NCBI GenBank assembly: GCA_013265495.1
Contig: MU062555.1
Coordinates: 62,001 to 126,000 of the forward strand
Length of the DNA stretch: 64,000 bases
From: Vicugna vicugna
Lineage: Eukaryota
Direction of reading: 5' to 3'
Shown: positions 11,962 to 33,018 of the stretch, piece by piece
Position numbering within the stretch: the first letter of the stretch is position 1
Layout of the letters: each line of letters opens with the position of its first letter
Notes under the pieces: model-generated
What the model was told of the DNA's origin: nothing
Database searches by the model: none
The model's input: the letters and a program-made list of their open reading frames with translations, nothing else
Program-made: the position numbers and the translations under genes

Positions 11962-14900
11962 TCAGAAATAGAGGGCTGGCTCGCTTCGGAAGTCCGAGAG
12001 GTCGTTCTGGCTGGCAGGGGTGAGCTGAAAGAGAAAGGCACAGAGGCAGCCAAAGGGGCTCGTCCAGACTTTAAAGACCCCCCCCTCCACCCCCGCCCTG
12101 GGCATCTGCCTGCCCGGCCCTGCTCACCATGACCTCTTTGGACGGTGGCTCCATCTCACTCGGAGCCTGCTCCAGCGTCTGCTCCTGCCACTTGCTGAAG
12201 GCCATGGAGTGTTTTGGAGTGTAGCTGGACAGGCCTGCAGGCCAAGTGGCACATGGGTGGATGTGTGGATGCGTGGACATGTGGCCCAGGCTCCCACAGA
12301 GCCGCCCATCCCAACAGGTGGGCACTCACCTGAGCTGCCGTTTGGCGGCCGAGGGCTCTCAGGCCCTGCGCTGTTCACAAACGAGGCTCGAGGCAGGAAG
12401 AGCACGAAGGGCTGCTCCTCAGCCCCATCTGAGCCGGACCCCTCCTCCTCGTCCTCCTCCTCCTCCTGCTCCTCCTCCTCGCTCTCCTTCTCAGCCTCTC
12501 CCTCCTCCTCCTGCAGGGAGCTCTCTGGGGGATACTCAAATGTGGTCTGTAGACTCTTGTCGTTGAAGGAGATCTTCATCTAGGGGCAGGAGGCACGTCA
12601 GCCAAGGCCCTGCTGCCCGGCCCCCAGGGCTCTTCCAGCCGGACAGAGCCGGGTGCGGTGACCCCGACCCACAAAGCGTGCAGTGGGGGGTGTCAGACCA
12701 GAGCAGGAGCAGAACCCACCATCAGCCCTTCAGAGGTTGTAAGAGGTGGGGGGCTGCCCCTCACCAGAGATGACAGCGTGTGCAGGCCCAGGGCCACCCC
12801 TCCCCGTCTCCAACCCCAGGATCACATCACCCTGAGTGGCCCACCCCTCCCAAGGAGCAGACCCCAGCCAACACCAGGAGCCCAAAGCCTTGGGGTTTCC
12901 AGAAAGGCCACTCCCAGGATTGGAGGTCTGCCTTCTCAGGGAAGCAGGGTCCAAGTGAGGCTGCACTTGGGAGCCCCTATCTTTGCGGGAGGCCTATATC
13001 TCCAGCGGAGCCCACAGCCTTAGCTTCCAGAAGCTTCTCTTGTTGGCAGGGGCTTCTCTCCAGGGCCAAGTTCATATCCCAGCTAGCCGGGCACCTGGAC
13101 GATCCTGCCCGCCACACGGACCGCTGCTGCTGGGCAAGGGCCCAGCAGAGTCAGAGCCAGGACCCCAAGGGCCCAGCGAAGTGCTGAAGCCAGGCGGTCA
13201 CCATGTGCCAGCCCCAGGAAGCTGGCACCAAGTGCTGTCACCACATTTTACAGCCTGAGTCAGAGGAAGCTCGGGGCTGCACCAGTGACCCTTTCCTCCC
13301 ACCCGAGCTGCCCATGTGGCCCACGTCCACACTGCCCACCCTACAGGCTCCAGAATTTCATACCCGGGCAAATCCTCCCCTTCTCCGTGGCCTCGGAGCC
13401 CAGACTGGGCTGCTGGTTCTGAAGGGCAGTGGGAACAGGCACCGGCAGGGGGACCACAGGCTCTGAGGGTCAGGATCCTCGCCCTTGGCGCCCCGGGACT
13501 GGGCTCCCCACCAGAGCCACTCGCCCCTCGAGGTCTGCTCAGAAGGGCTCAGCCAGGCCCCGCGGGTCGGTAATGAACATGAGAGCTGCCCGCCTGTAGC
13601 AGATGGGAGCAGCCCCGGTGGAGCTCGAAATATTAAACTCCAGGGCACAGGACACCGGCAGCCAGCTCAAGTTCCTCCTCTTCCCCTGGAAGGAGCCAGA
13701 GGCAGGAGCCAGGCCCTCAGGCAAAGAATCTGGGGGCCCAGGGACAGCAGGACGGGCAGGGGCCTTGCAGGAGGGCTGGGCTCGCAGCCCTGGGCGGCAG
13801 AAGGGCCCTGGCCCCAGGGGACACACGGCGGGCCGGCCAGGAGCGGGATGCCCGGCTCCGTAGAGCCAGCATCCAGAAACAAGGGCACACGCTCCTGCCA
13901 TGCCGCCACGCTCTCCCCACAGCCACACGTGTGCACACAGCCCCACACTGCCGTGGGCACCTCCAGGGCCCACTGCGCTCCTGGACCACCCAGTCTCAGC
14001 ACAGCTCCCACAAGGACACCAACCGCGCAAGCCGCTAGCACAGCCACAGCTCCCCTTGACCTGGCCATCTGCACAGATGGGCAGTCAGGGACCTGAGCAG
14101 ACTGGCAGACCACCACCAAGGTGGGCAAAACCAGGATTGAGACGTTCGCTCCTCTCTCTCAAAGGTGTGCTGCCCCTCACCTTGCCCTGCCCTAAAGCGG
14201 GCCCTACCCGAACCTCCAGCTGCCGCCACAGGAGGCCAAGCAGGGCAGAGGCCTGGCATGGGTGATCACCAGAGCTCGCAGAAGCCCACCTGCTGCCAGC
14301 CAGCCCAGGGATGGAGTCACCTGGCCCCTAGGACCCTGGACCTCTGGGACGCAGGGACAGAGACCCCAGGAGGAGCCAAGGCAGGATGGGGCCACTAGCA
14401 CAGGGATGCCCCCGTGCCCCAAGTCCCCACAGGGAACGGTGCTCCTGGGCATGCGGCATTGTCCCTGACGACCTGGAGTCCCCTAGGCCCATCCCCCGCC
14501 ACTGAAGAGGAGGGTAGGGCCAGCTGCCAGGCCCTAGCTGGATTAACATGCCCTCATTAGTCCACGTGACCAGCGCCTAGCAGGGAGGCTGAGGGGGCTG
14601 GGTGAGGACAGGCACCGAGCCTGGCACAGCCTGGCCAGGCAGGGACAGGGCAGTGCTCACAGGCCAGTCTGCACCCAGCTGGGGCCCGGGGCCCAGGTCA
14701 CGTCCCACCTCCCCTTCCATCTCCAGGCTCCTCGAATGAGTCTGCCCGGCCAGGCTCACAGGTCTCCCTCCTCTGAGTGCAAGTCTGTGGGTCACAGGAC
14801 ATCCCATGACTCATGCTGTGGGCGGGGGGGGGCCCAGCCTCCAGACCCCAGGCAGACAGAATGGGAGGGGGCGTGGCCAGGAGCTGGCACCTGTACACAC

Positions 14901-17900
14901 CTGGTCACTCAGCTCCTAGGGACTTTGCCCGCTGCAAGGTGCAGCCAGCAGGTGGGTCCTGGCTAGGCCTACTTCCTGCCTCTCACGGGAAGAGCACCCT
15001 TTGTTCCCTCACCCCACCCTGCCTATGCACGCCCAGCTTGGGTTACTGAAGGGCGTCCACCCTGGACTCTGGGCTGGGAGCTGGGCTCCACCAGCCCCAG
15101 GCTGGGCTGAACATCCGCCCCACCCTGCACTCCCCAGCCTGCTCCCATCCCCCACTCAGCCTGAGCTCAGGGGCCCGCGGGACCACCCCAAGCAGTCCCT
15201 GCAAAGCTCTCACAGCCACCAGGTGGGATGCCTGGGGTCGAGGGCAGCCCCCAGCCCAGGGCAGACCCCCGCTGGTGGGGAAGCTGAGTGGCAGAAGTCC
15301 CAGGCTGGCTCCGGTGGTCCTGGGGCTCTAGAAAGACCACTGTGGGGTGGCCTGCAGGAAGAGGCTGGGGAGCGGAGAGAGTGAAAAAGGAGAACAGAGA
15401 GGAGATGCAGCTGCACGCAGGAGGGGCCGCAGCATCCCGGGGAAGAGCAGGTGCGGAGCAGACCCTGAGGGCAGCAGCATGGGCTGAGGGGAGGTCTGAG
15501 GACCAGAGTGGTCTGCGTGGGGGTGGCTGTTACACCGCAGGCGAGGATAATGGCTCAGTGTTGAGGCTCAAGCCTTGGGGACGTGGCCTGCTTGGGCTCG
15601 GCAGAGGACCAGCAGGGAAGAGGGTGAGGAGGGCAGACAGGAGGGGAAGGAGCTGCCAGACAGGCAGGAGCCCGGCCAGCCGGCACCTCACAGAGGGGAG
15701 ACGCCCACAGCGCCAGCCCCACAGGAGGCAGGTGTGGAGGGCTGTGGGACGGCCCCGCCCACTGGGACAGTGAGGGGCAGGGGCAAGAGGGGGCGCGGCG
15801 GCAGTGCCTTGCAGCAGCCAGCTCGGGCATCCAGGTAGGGAGATAGGGCCGTTGCGATTCTGCCAAGAGATAACTAAGTGGGGATGTGTGCCTGGCTGGC
15901 TGGGCGCCCCTACCACCCAGGGCAGGGCGGCAGCCCTCCAAGGCCAGGTGAGATCACTGCGCCCTCCACTGAGGTGCCATTCTAGGGGCAGGCCCCACCC
16001 CTAGAGAGCTGCACCCCACCTGCCCCTGGGAAAAGGCACCAGCGCCTCCCACCACTGTCCTGGGTGGCCCCTGAGGTCCTGCTGGCCTCCAGGCCACCAC
16101 GTCCCTGGAGTGTGGGCCTGGAGGAACAGGATGGCGATCCAAATCACAGGCTGGCAGGGGTGGTCTGGGTGAGGATGAAGACCCTCAGCCCGAGGCCTGG
16201 AGGAGCAGCAGGCGAGTGGGACAACAGGGAATGGGCAGAGCCCAAGGGCAGCCCAAGGTCACCCTGAATGGCTGGGCAGCCGCACGCCTCCATCGCACCC
16301 AACAGGTGTTCAGGCTCTTCCTGGGCAGGGCAGCTGGTGCGTGCCCAGGCAGAAAATCACCCCTAGCAGCTCACAATGCTCTGGCAGGGCCCTAGCCAGG
16401 CCGCCTGGCCATGCCAGGCCTCATCCATCTGGACCCCCGACCACACAGGCTGGCATGGAGACTGGAGCCCGGCCTGCTTCTTCCTATCATGTCTTCCTGC
16501 CCCAACCACCATCAGGACCCTGCCCTGCCCTTTTAACCCCAACTTAGCCACAAGTGACCCCCATAGCTCTGACCCCAGCTGGGAAGAGAATGATCAGGCT
16601 TAAGGCTGCAGCCCTCCAGTCCCAGAAAGCAGCTGGGCTCACAGGATAAGGGCAGCCGGGTGAGGACAGGGCCTCGAACAGCTGCACTTGGTTCCTGCCC
16701 CCCAAGCTCCATGACCTCCTCCGGACCCCACAGCCTCATCTACAAAGCAGGGAGCACTATCACCTCCACTGCCCGAGGCCAACGTGGGAAAGGACGGCCT
16801 CCCAGAGCATCCACGGTCAAGGGTCAGGAAGCAGAAGGAGGAGCAGGCAAGGTGGAGAGGACAGGGGGTGGGGCTGGTGACCATGGCTACTGGCTGACCA
16901 CAGCACTGCCTAGAGGGTGAGGCAAGGTTAGGCACGCAGGACGGTGGGGGCGGGGCCACCGGAAGCACTGTGGGCGATGAGCGTGGATGCCCGATGGGGC
17001 AGATGGAGCTGGCAGGAGGGCCAAGGCCCTCACCCAAGAAGGGGCAGGTGATACAGGGAGAGAGGGAAGGGCCAAGGCCAACTCTGAGGCAGAAAGTCAA
17101 AAGGAAGCAGAGGAAGGAGGTGGCACGTGTTAGTAGACAGCGACAGCAGAACAGCAGGTAGGGGGCTCTGGTGACACAGGGCACATCACCCCCACTGCTC
17201 CAAGGAAACAGGCTGGGGACAAAGTTGGCCTAGGTGTGGGCAGCCACAGGAGAAGCCGGCCAGGCACCATCTTGGCTCCAGGGGAAGGTGCATCTGCCCA
17301 GTGCGCCTGCTGACTGGAGTCATGTGGGGATGGCCTTGGAATCTGCCCCAGGGCCAGACTGAGGAACTAGCTGCTAGAGTGACTAGGAAGAATCCGAGGA
17401 ACGTTTCCTCATGCCCAGAGGGTTCCAGGCCACCAGGCAGCCCTGCTGGGAGAGTGAGGCTCCAAGAGGGCTCCTGGCCCTGCACCTGGGGCTCTCTCTG
17501 GCTTAAAGTCTCTCCCCTCAATGAGGGGAGTGTCTTCAGCGCAGCCCAGCATCACACCCAGGCTCAGACAGGCCTGGCACACACCAGGAGTGGGATAAAC
17601 ACTTCCAAGAGGCCAGTCCTGCTAAGCTCTGGGCCACTATGCCTCTGGGAGCTGAGAGCCATTCTGAGCGGCTCCCAGTGCTGTGCCTCCAGGCTGAGAG
17701 GGAGGTAGGAATCTGACCCCACCCAAATCAAAGGTCTCCTGCCCCTTTCCCCTTCCATCCTGGCACCTGTTACTCGTATAGACCAAGACTCCTGAAGAAC
17801 ATGCCAGGCTACCCCCTCAAAGCCACATGAGGGCGGGGCCAACAGCTGGACCAACGACGGGACAGGCCTGCCCAGCCAATTCCAGACAGCGCCTCAGGAA

Positions 17901-20029
17901 CCAACAGGCAGACCTGGCACTGGCTTGACTGACTCTCTCCACCAGCCTCTCAAGGTACAGAGCAGGCAAGGTGTCCCCATGGGCCCAGGGTCATTAGGGT
18001 TCCACTGGAATCCAGACCAGAGATTCCCTGCCAACTCAGCCTCCCCTGGAGCCTGCATAGCCACCAGCCCCAGCTCCCCTCTGTCCACACAGAGGCTATA
18101 CCACACCCAGGCTAGGTGTCCTGGAAACAAGGTACATGCTACACTCACAACTCTGTGACCCATCACCTCGCCCCCTCCCTGCTGGTGACTCTGCCCCACA
18201 CTGACCTTCTTTCTTGAGGAGCCAGCCTTGGTGAGGCAGGACTTCTGCAGGGCCAGGTAGCCGCCAATCACCTCGATCTCGTGCACGGTGGGGTAACGCT
18301 TCTTCAGTGCTGTCCCCAGGGCAGCAGGTGACTCCGAAAGTCTGCCTGGCCCCTCCTCCTCAGCCTCCCTAGGCCTGGCCTCCCCACTGGCCTGCCGGGC
18401 CGCTGGCTTCCTCTTGGGCACCACCGTGAACGTGTTGCTCCCTCGGTGCTGGAGCAAAGTGGACTGCTCAGGCCTGGTGGGTTGTGGGTGGTACTGGGGA
18501 GGCCCACCAGCCCCGGAGCAGGGCAGTTTGGCTTCTTGGGGGAACTCGTCCTCCGAGTCTACCTCGTCAATGAAGGTGACCGGCAGCCCTGGCCTCCCAG
18601 GCTCCCCACCATTCTTGGCCAAGCCGGGAATCCTGAAGCCCTGGGTAGGCTCAGCTTCAGTGGCGGCCAGTGGGGACAGGGGTGGTGAGGATGGCCTCTG
18701 CCACCTAACAGCCGGGTCCACAAGGGCACTGGCTGGCCTGGGGCATCCCCCTTCCTCAGCCTCCAAGGGGCTCCTCTCACAGACAAATACACCATCCTCT
18801 CCAGGCACCTGCTGGGCCTCACACTCCTGCTGGGAGGCCCAGCCAAGCTCTCCTTCTGGAGACCCCACAGACTGCCTCCCTTCCCCAGGGTGGGCTCCGG
18901 AAGCCTTGCACTTGGGGATGAACACGAAGGAGTTTCGGGAATTCATGCGAAGGCTGGCCAGGGCCCGGGCCTGGATGTCCCCAGTGGGGATCGTGTCCGC
19001 GTCTGGCTTGGAGGCCGGCCGTATCTCGAAGGAGTCGTTGGCGCTGGTGGCCGAGGAGACCCACTGGCGCTGGCTGGGAGTGGCACTGGCAGGGCTGGGC
19101 GTGAGCAAGGCCGGGGGCGCGGCTGGAGTGGCACTGGGGGTCCCGGGGCTGGGGGACGGGTGGGCGGGGGCCTCCTCGGACTCCACCTTTGGCTTCCACT
19201 CGCCCGTCCCAGGCGCGGATCCCGCGAGAACGTTGGCAGCGCCGGCCCGGGACTCCAAGGATGCGGGCCCGTTGGGGAGCGGGCGAGTGCCCGCGCTGCG
19301 GTTCAGACCTCGAGGATGAACAGTGAAGGAGTTGCTGCTGGTCTTGTGCAGGAAGTCGCTGCGCCGGGGCCCGGGGCCAGGACCTGCGACGCGGACCTCG
19401 GGCTCCAAGCAGGCGGCGCGCTCGCCCACGCGCGGGACGGCGGGGCCAGGGGAGGGCGGAGGCGCGGGGCGCCCGCTCTCCGGGCTCCCGCGACGGCGCG
19501 GTACCACCGGCGGGTCGAACTTCTGGAGCAGGCGGCTCACGCGGCCGGGAGGCGGCGGTGCCTCGTACACAAGTACCTCGGCGGCGCGGATGCGGGCGGC
19601 CGGGCTGGGGCTCGGATCCGGGCCGGACGCGGGTGCCGGCGCCGGCGGGAAGCCGGGAGCCGACTCGATGATGAGGATGTTGTCCGCGCGGATGGTGCGC
19701 ACGCCCGGCACGAGGCGATACAGCTCCAGCAGCTGCTCAGCCGGCCGCACCCCCGGCCCCGCCGCGCCCGCGCTGCCGCCGCGCCGCGCCCCTCGCCGCC
19801 GCTCCGACTCGAGCCGCATGAACGGGTTCTCGCGCAGCGGGCCCAAGCTCTCCGCCAGCACCAGCTTCTCGGCGGCAGGCCCCGTGGGCTCCGCCTCGCC
19901 AGCTTCGGCGCCCAGCGCCGCGCCTCCACCCAAGGTGGCCAGCTTGGCCCGCTTCCGCTCCAGGATCTCCCGTTTCCAGGCAGGCATCGCGGTGCGGGAC
20001 CCCGGGCCTGGCCGCCCCAAACCAGCCAT
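11962..20029 (-). CDS. TPRN: Taperin (PP1-binding stereocilia protein), 747 aa
   Basis: Exons (minus): 18206-20029, 12330-12579, 12128-12234, 11962-12024. N-terminus MAGLGRPGPGSRTAMPAWKREILERKRAKL; KKRYPTVHEIEVIGGYLAL; KISF PP1-docking motif at the start of exon 2; Glu-rich tract; C-terminus LTPASQNDLSDFRSEPALYF*. Phases 0, 1, 0 are consistent. Confidence 0.97.
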
Positions 20030-20400
20030 GCTGCCGAGCGGCTGCCAGAGCCAGCGCGCACCGGGAACTGCGGCCACCGCCCGCCGCCGGCCTTCGCGCC
20101 CCGGCCACGCCCCTCTGGCCTCAGCCCATTGGAAGAGGCCCATTCAGACCCGCCCCGCACCCGGAGGCCCCACCTACGGCAGGGTAGGATGGCCGGCGGT
20201 GCTGATTGGAGAGTGCTCCCGACCCCATCTTCCCGCAGACCTCACTGGACAGCGCCCGTCGCCGGAGCAGGCCCCCATTGGGGAGGCCCCATTGGACACG
20301 CCCCCTACGCCTCACAGCGCTCTTCGGAGGCCCCCACTTCCGCCTCTGCTCCTTCGGCCCGCCGCTGCCGCGGGGCGGTGCCCGGAGGAGGCGGGCCCTG
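20030..20400 (-). promoter_or_regulatory. TPRN CpG-island promoter with several CCAAT boxes
   Basis: attgg (CCAAT on minus) near 20127, 20205, 20277 and 20291, two of them in a repeated ggcccc(c)attgg unit; GC boxes; CpG-rich. Confidence 0.6.
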
Positions 20401-21693
20401 ACCGGCCGGCGGACCTACAACCCTGGACACCTGCTGGTGGGTGCCGTTGACCGGGCTCAGTCCTTCCTTTTCGTGCCAGCACTCAGCCCGCCTATTACCC
20501 CTCTCCAGAAAGCTAGGTGGAGGAAGGGCCATCCTAGGACCAGAAGGCTGTCCCGCTCCCGTAGGCAGTGCACCGGCTGCACACACAGGCCTGCCGCCTC
20601 CTGGTGTTGGTCCCTCTCGGTCGAGGGACTGCCCACCTGCGGTCCGCGGTCCTCAGTCCCCTAACGGACTTACGGAGATGCCAAATGCGGGAGCCGTACC
20701 CAGCGCTGAGAAATTTCTCAGGAGTCCCTAGCCTTTGCCCAACCCCCAGAATCCACTCTTGCTCAGACAAGTGAGCTCTGCCCACACTTTGTCATCCAGG
20801 GCCCACCAAACACGGACCGCAGTGCAGAAGCTGTGAGTAGGTACAGAGGAAGGGCCACAAGCAGGGCCACAGCTCTCCAATGCAGACAGAGCCACAAAAG
20901 CCAGGGCGTGTATTGCACCCTGTTTTGCCTTTCCATGTTACTCCTTCTTCATCTGTTGAATCGCCCCCATCCCAAGGCCGGCAGGAGTGCCACTGACCCT
21001 GAGGGCACAGCTGCTCTGCTCGCTTGCCATAAGGAAGCTTACTTCCCGTGGAGGGCTGCACAGTGCCCACCACATTCTTTCAGGTTTGTTGGACACAAGG
21101 AGAGAAGGGAAATTCTTCGAGCACAGTTGTTACCTGCCCTACAGTCAGCAACTGTTCAGCAATGACACTACAGCCTCTCATGCCCCTCCCCTTTCAGGGA
21201 CTAGGCTCCACGAGCCCATGGGGCTCTGCAGAGCCCAGGGGCTGGTCTCAACCTGGCATGCACTTCTCAGTTGGTGGCTCCCACAGCAGCCTACAGCTAC
21301 CACTACTTTAACAGCCCTGTCTGTTAAGCTGGAGAAGAGAAACTGGGTTTCAACCTTTCAAGTGTTCCTTCAGGACTCTCCTCAAATCACCTTTCCAGAG
21401 GGAGCTAAGTCCTTCTAATGCTCCTCACGCTATGCCGACAGGATTACCTAATTCTGAGCCACCACAATAAAATGAGGGAACGACGAAACACACAACCTAA
21501 AAATATTAGAAGGAAACCCACTCCCAATGGTCAGCTTGTATCTGGTTTTGACACATTATGCCAATCCTGGGTAGGAGACATTCTCTTAGCAGGGGGACAA
21601 ACCAGACTAGTCTCCAGCTCAGGCATCTCGGTGGTCTCCATGCCACGCGGCAACCATCCCAGGAAAAGGGTCACAAAGCTGCTTCGCTAGAAT

Positions 21694-22174
21694 TAGGGTC
21701 CACAAGCTTGTTCTGTAAAGGGCCAGACAGCAAATATTTTAGCCCAGTGGTTCTTACCTGGGACGGTCTTCCTCCAGGAGACCTGGCAACATCTGGAGAT
21801 TTTGGGCTGTCATAAGTGAGGGGTACTACTGGCATCTAGTGAGTGGAGGCCAGGGATGCCACTAAACCTTCCACAGTGCTCAGGACAGCACCCCTCCTCC
21901 CCCTCCCCCAACAAAGAACGATCCAACCTAAAAGGCAGGCAGCGCCGAGACTAAGAGGCCCTGTGCACCAGGCCCCAGGTGGCTGTCAGATGACCTTGTG
22001 CACCAGGCCCCGAGTCACTGTTAAACAGCGCTGAGACTGAGGCCCTGTGCACCGCAGCCCCTGGGTCGCTGTCAGATTCTTCTTTGCTTTTACAAACCTT
22101 GGAAAATGTAAACATCTTCGTTAGCTGATGGGCAGTACAAAAACAGGCACTTGGCCACAGTTTGCTGACCCCTG
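21694..22174 (+). mobile_element. MER58-family hAT MITE split by a MER20 insertion
   Basis: 5' part ..ttctgtaaagggccagacagcaaatatttt (21694-21744); 3' part ..ggaaaatgtaaacatcttcgttagctg..gtacaaaaacagg..cagtttgctgacccctg ending at 22174. Both resemble MER58 termini from memory. Confidence 0.7.
21745..21963 (+). mobile_element. MER20 hAT-Charlie MITE (near full length)
   Basis: cagtggttct..ggcaacatctggaga..tactggcatctagtgagtggaggccagggatgc..aacaaagaa..ccctg follows the MER20 consensus along about 220 nt. Confidence 0.85.
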
Positions 22175-22491
22175 CTCTGCAGATCAGCAAGGCCCACAAA
22201 GACCACACTGCTAAGAACCAAGATTCCAATATCACACAAACTACTTGGCAGGTTGTCAACACAGGCCTCCCCCGTGTTGTCATCACCCTGGCTCCGCAGG
22301 CAGGAAGCCGGGATTCTCTGGGGGAACTGACCCCCATCTGCCCATGAAACTCTAGCCAAGTTCCAGCCCTCCTTACAACCTCAGCTCTGTAACCAGCGCC
22401 ACCACACAGCAGGGGGCATCTCAGCATTCATCGTGTTTCACCCTCAAGAGGTCAGGCAAACACTACACATTTCAGCAAAACATTCTCTTAT

Positions 22492-22497
22492 TTTATT
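22492..22497 (-). terminator. Poly(A) signal of TMEM203
   Basis: AATAAA on minus in an AT-rich patch about 860 nt after the stop. Confidence 0.65.
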
Positions 22498-23354
22498 TTT
22501 ATCTCAGCAAATGTTCTCATTTGGCACCTGCCTGGCATCAGACCAAAGACCTCAGGCTGACTAACGTGGGCTGAAGTCATTTGCAAACTTCTCATTTGTA
22601 GGTCTCAAGTCCTGTGAGCATCAGAGCACCTGTTCCTCTCTGGTCCCTTAAGGAGGCCTACATCTGTCTCAGGTGCACTAACAGCGCCGGCCACAAGGTG
22701 GTGGAAAGTCGCGATACTGCAAACTGCTGGGACAGGAAGCCGAGCAGCACCATGAAAACAAGTTCTTTTCTCCAGCGACAGTTCTCCAGATAGGGTCCCA
22801 GTCATGCTTATTCAACATATTCCTGTCTGCCTGGGTTGGAATGAAGAAAGGGCCCTCCTCCCCAGTAGCACAGAGGAGAAGACACAAGCTGGTTTACAAC
22901 TTTTTAGAGCTCAAGCATCTAAGGAAGTCTTGTCTGAAGGGATAGGGTTAGTTAGCTCTCAGGTCAGTGCTGCTGGCCAGAGGACCCCCCGGGGCCAGCT
23001 TTGCAGCCTTTGCATGGGGGTATTTTCCCAGGATCCATGAAAATACTCAAGAGTCCATCAGGACATTTTACTTGTATGCAGTTTCCAACTGTCAGATGAG
23101 TTCAGGACTGTCTGGCCTGGGGCCCTTCTTAGGATCTCAATTCAGGATTAGCTATTCAAAGCATGAAATAAGAGAGAATACATTTTAAAGATCAAGGCTG
23201 CTCTTTTTAGCCCTGCTGAGGAAACAATTTGAGATATGATTTGTATAGAGAAAACTGGGCACTCAGCAGGACACAAGCTGGCTTTCAGACCCAGACTTCT
23301 CTGATGCGGCAGAAGTGGGTCCTCAGGTTGGGGTCCAGCATGTCCTCTGCGAGG

Positions 23355-23765
23355 CTAGTTGACCCGGCAGGCGCGGATCATGAGCAGCTGTAGGAGAATG
23401 AAAACCGGAGAAGTGATCAGGCCGAACCAGAGCTCCCGAGTCTGCTCCACCAGCTTCTGGCACAACAACATCTCGAAGACAAACTTGAGGCTAAGAACCG
23501 TGAGGACCCAGAAAAGGCGGAGCACGGCCAGACGCTTCTCTCCGTCCTGGAAGAGGCGCACGGAGACGATAGTAGTGAAGTAGGTACTGAGCCCGTCAGC
23601 AGCGAAGAAGGGCACGAACACGTTCCACCAGGAGAGGCCGGGAGCCAGGCCGTCCACACGCAGGGCCAGCAGCACGGAGAACACCAACAGGGCCAGCAGG
23701 TGCACAAAGATCTCGAAGGTAGCGAAGCCCAGCCACTGCACCAGCTCCCGGAGCGAGAAAAGCAT
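23355..23765 (-). CDS. TMEM203: Transmembrane protein 203, single exon, 136 aa
   Basis: MLFSLRELVQWLGFATFEIFVHLLALLVFSVLLALRVDG...WNVFVPFFAADGLSTYF...LLMIRACRVN*; four hydrophobic segments. Confidence 0.98.
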   Translation of the reverse strand: MLFSLRELVQWLGFATFEIFVHLLALLVFSVLLALRVDGLAPGLSWWNVFVPFFAADGLSTYFTTIVSVRLFQDGEKRLAVLRLFWVLTVLSLKFVFEMLLCQKLVEQTRELWFGLITSPVFILLQLLMIRACRVN

Positions 23766-32113
<8,348 letters not shown>

Positions 32114-32431
32114 GGAGTCGTCCTGCTGGCCGTGGCCACTCCCGCCAGTGGTCTCAGGGGGGCCCCGTCTGATCCCAGCCGGAGGACTGTCAGCTCTTCT
32201 GCACAGCTGACTCAGCTCCCACCCTCACCCTGACCCTGCTACCTGTCCACCACCCAGCCTACCCCTACACCATGGCTCCAAGTCTGCCCCTCCCCTCCTT
32301 CCAGGGTTCCTGGGTCCTGGTCAGGTTGGCTCCCTGGGCTGCACCACCCCACCCAGAGCTTAGGACCTGAGCGGCCGGAGGAGGCCCCCGGCAGCACACC
32401 CTTCGTCGCCCTGTTCCAGGACAGACCCCAC

Positions 32432-32437
32432 AATAAA
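32432..32437 (+). terminator. Proximal poly(A) signal of NDOR1
   Basis: AATAAA about 320 nt after the NDOR1 stop. Confidence 0.65.
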
Positions 32438-33018
32438 CGATGGCCTCTGGGTGGCTGCTTCCCACCTGCTCCTCCTGGTGTTGTCAGGGTCCTTAGGTGG
32501 GAGGTGGGCCCACAGCTCACTGCATGGGAATAGCCCACCCAGGGTGGGCACAAGTATACTGCCGCTCAGCCAGGCGCTTTGGTGCTTGATTCTGATGCGC
32601 TGGGGTCCAGCTGTTTGCCCACCTTATACAGGCTCCGCTCTGGCCCCTGCAGCCAAGCAGTGGGAGGCCTGAGGCACCAGGCCAGGGTGCTCCAATCCAC
32701 TGGCCCCAAAACAGAGGCCCTGGGCCCTGGGCGGGGAGGGGCGTGGCCCAAGATGGGGTGCCAGTGGGAGTGGAGTCCCCGCCCCTGGGAGGGGAATTTT
32801 TGTTGGAGAAGTTGGGCGGGCCTACGCACCCTGCCTCCACCTAGAATCGGCTGGCTGGCTGGCAGTCAGTCACTCCCTGACACGCAGATCCCCAAACCTG
32901 GGGCGGGGCTGGGGCAGATCCTGTTGGGGACAGAACACAGGGCCTAGGAGCTGGCCCGGCAGCTGGGGACCAAGTGAAGTTCACGTTGAGTGAGGCTCGA
33001 AGCCAGGAGGAGGCGGCC

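Noticed and set aside
16970-17161. Basic, NLS-like peptide RQKVKRKQRKEVARVSRQRQQ ending at a GT donor in TPRN intron 1
   Set aside because: Purine-rich low-complexity sequence; no partner exons found.
20030-20143. In-frame upstream ATG giving a 38-aa TPRN extension
   Set aside because: Overlaps a CCAAT box and probably lies upstream of the TSS; the conserved N-terminus starts at 20029.
18890-20450. Long plus-strand ORFs (503, 375 and 301 aa) over TPRN exon 1
   Set aside because: Antisense shadows of a very GC-rich coding exon; no domain motifs.
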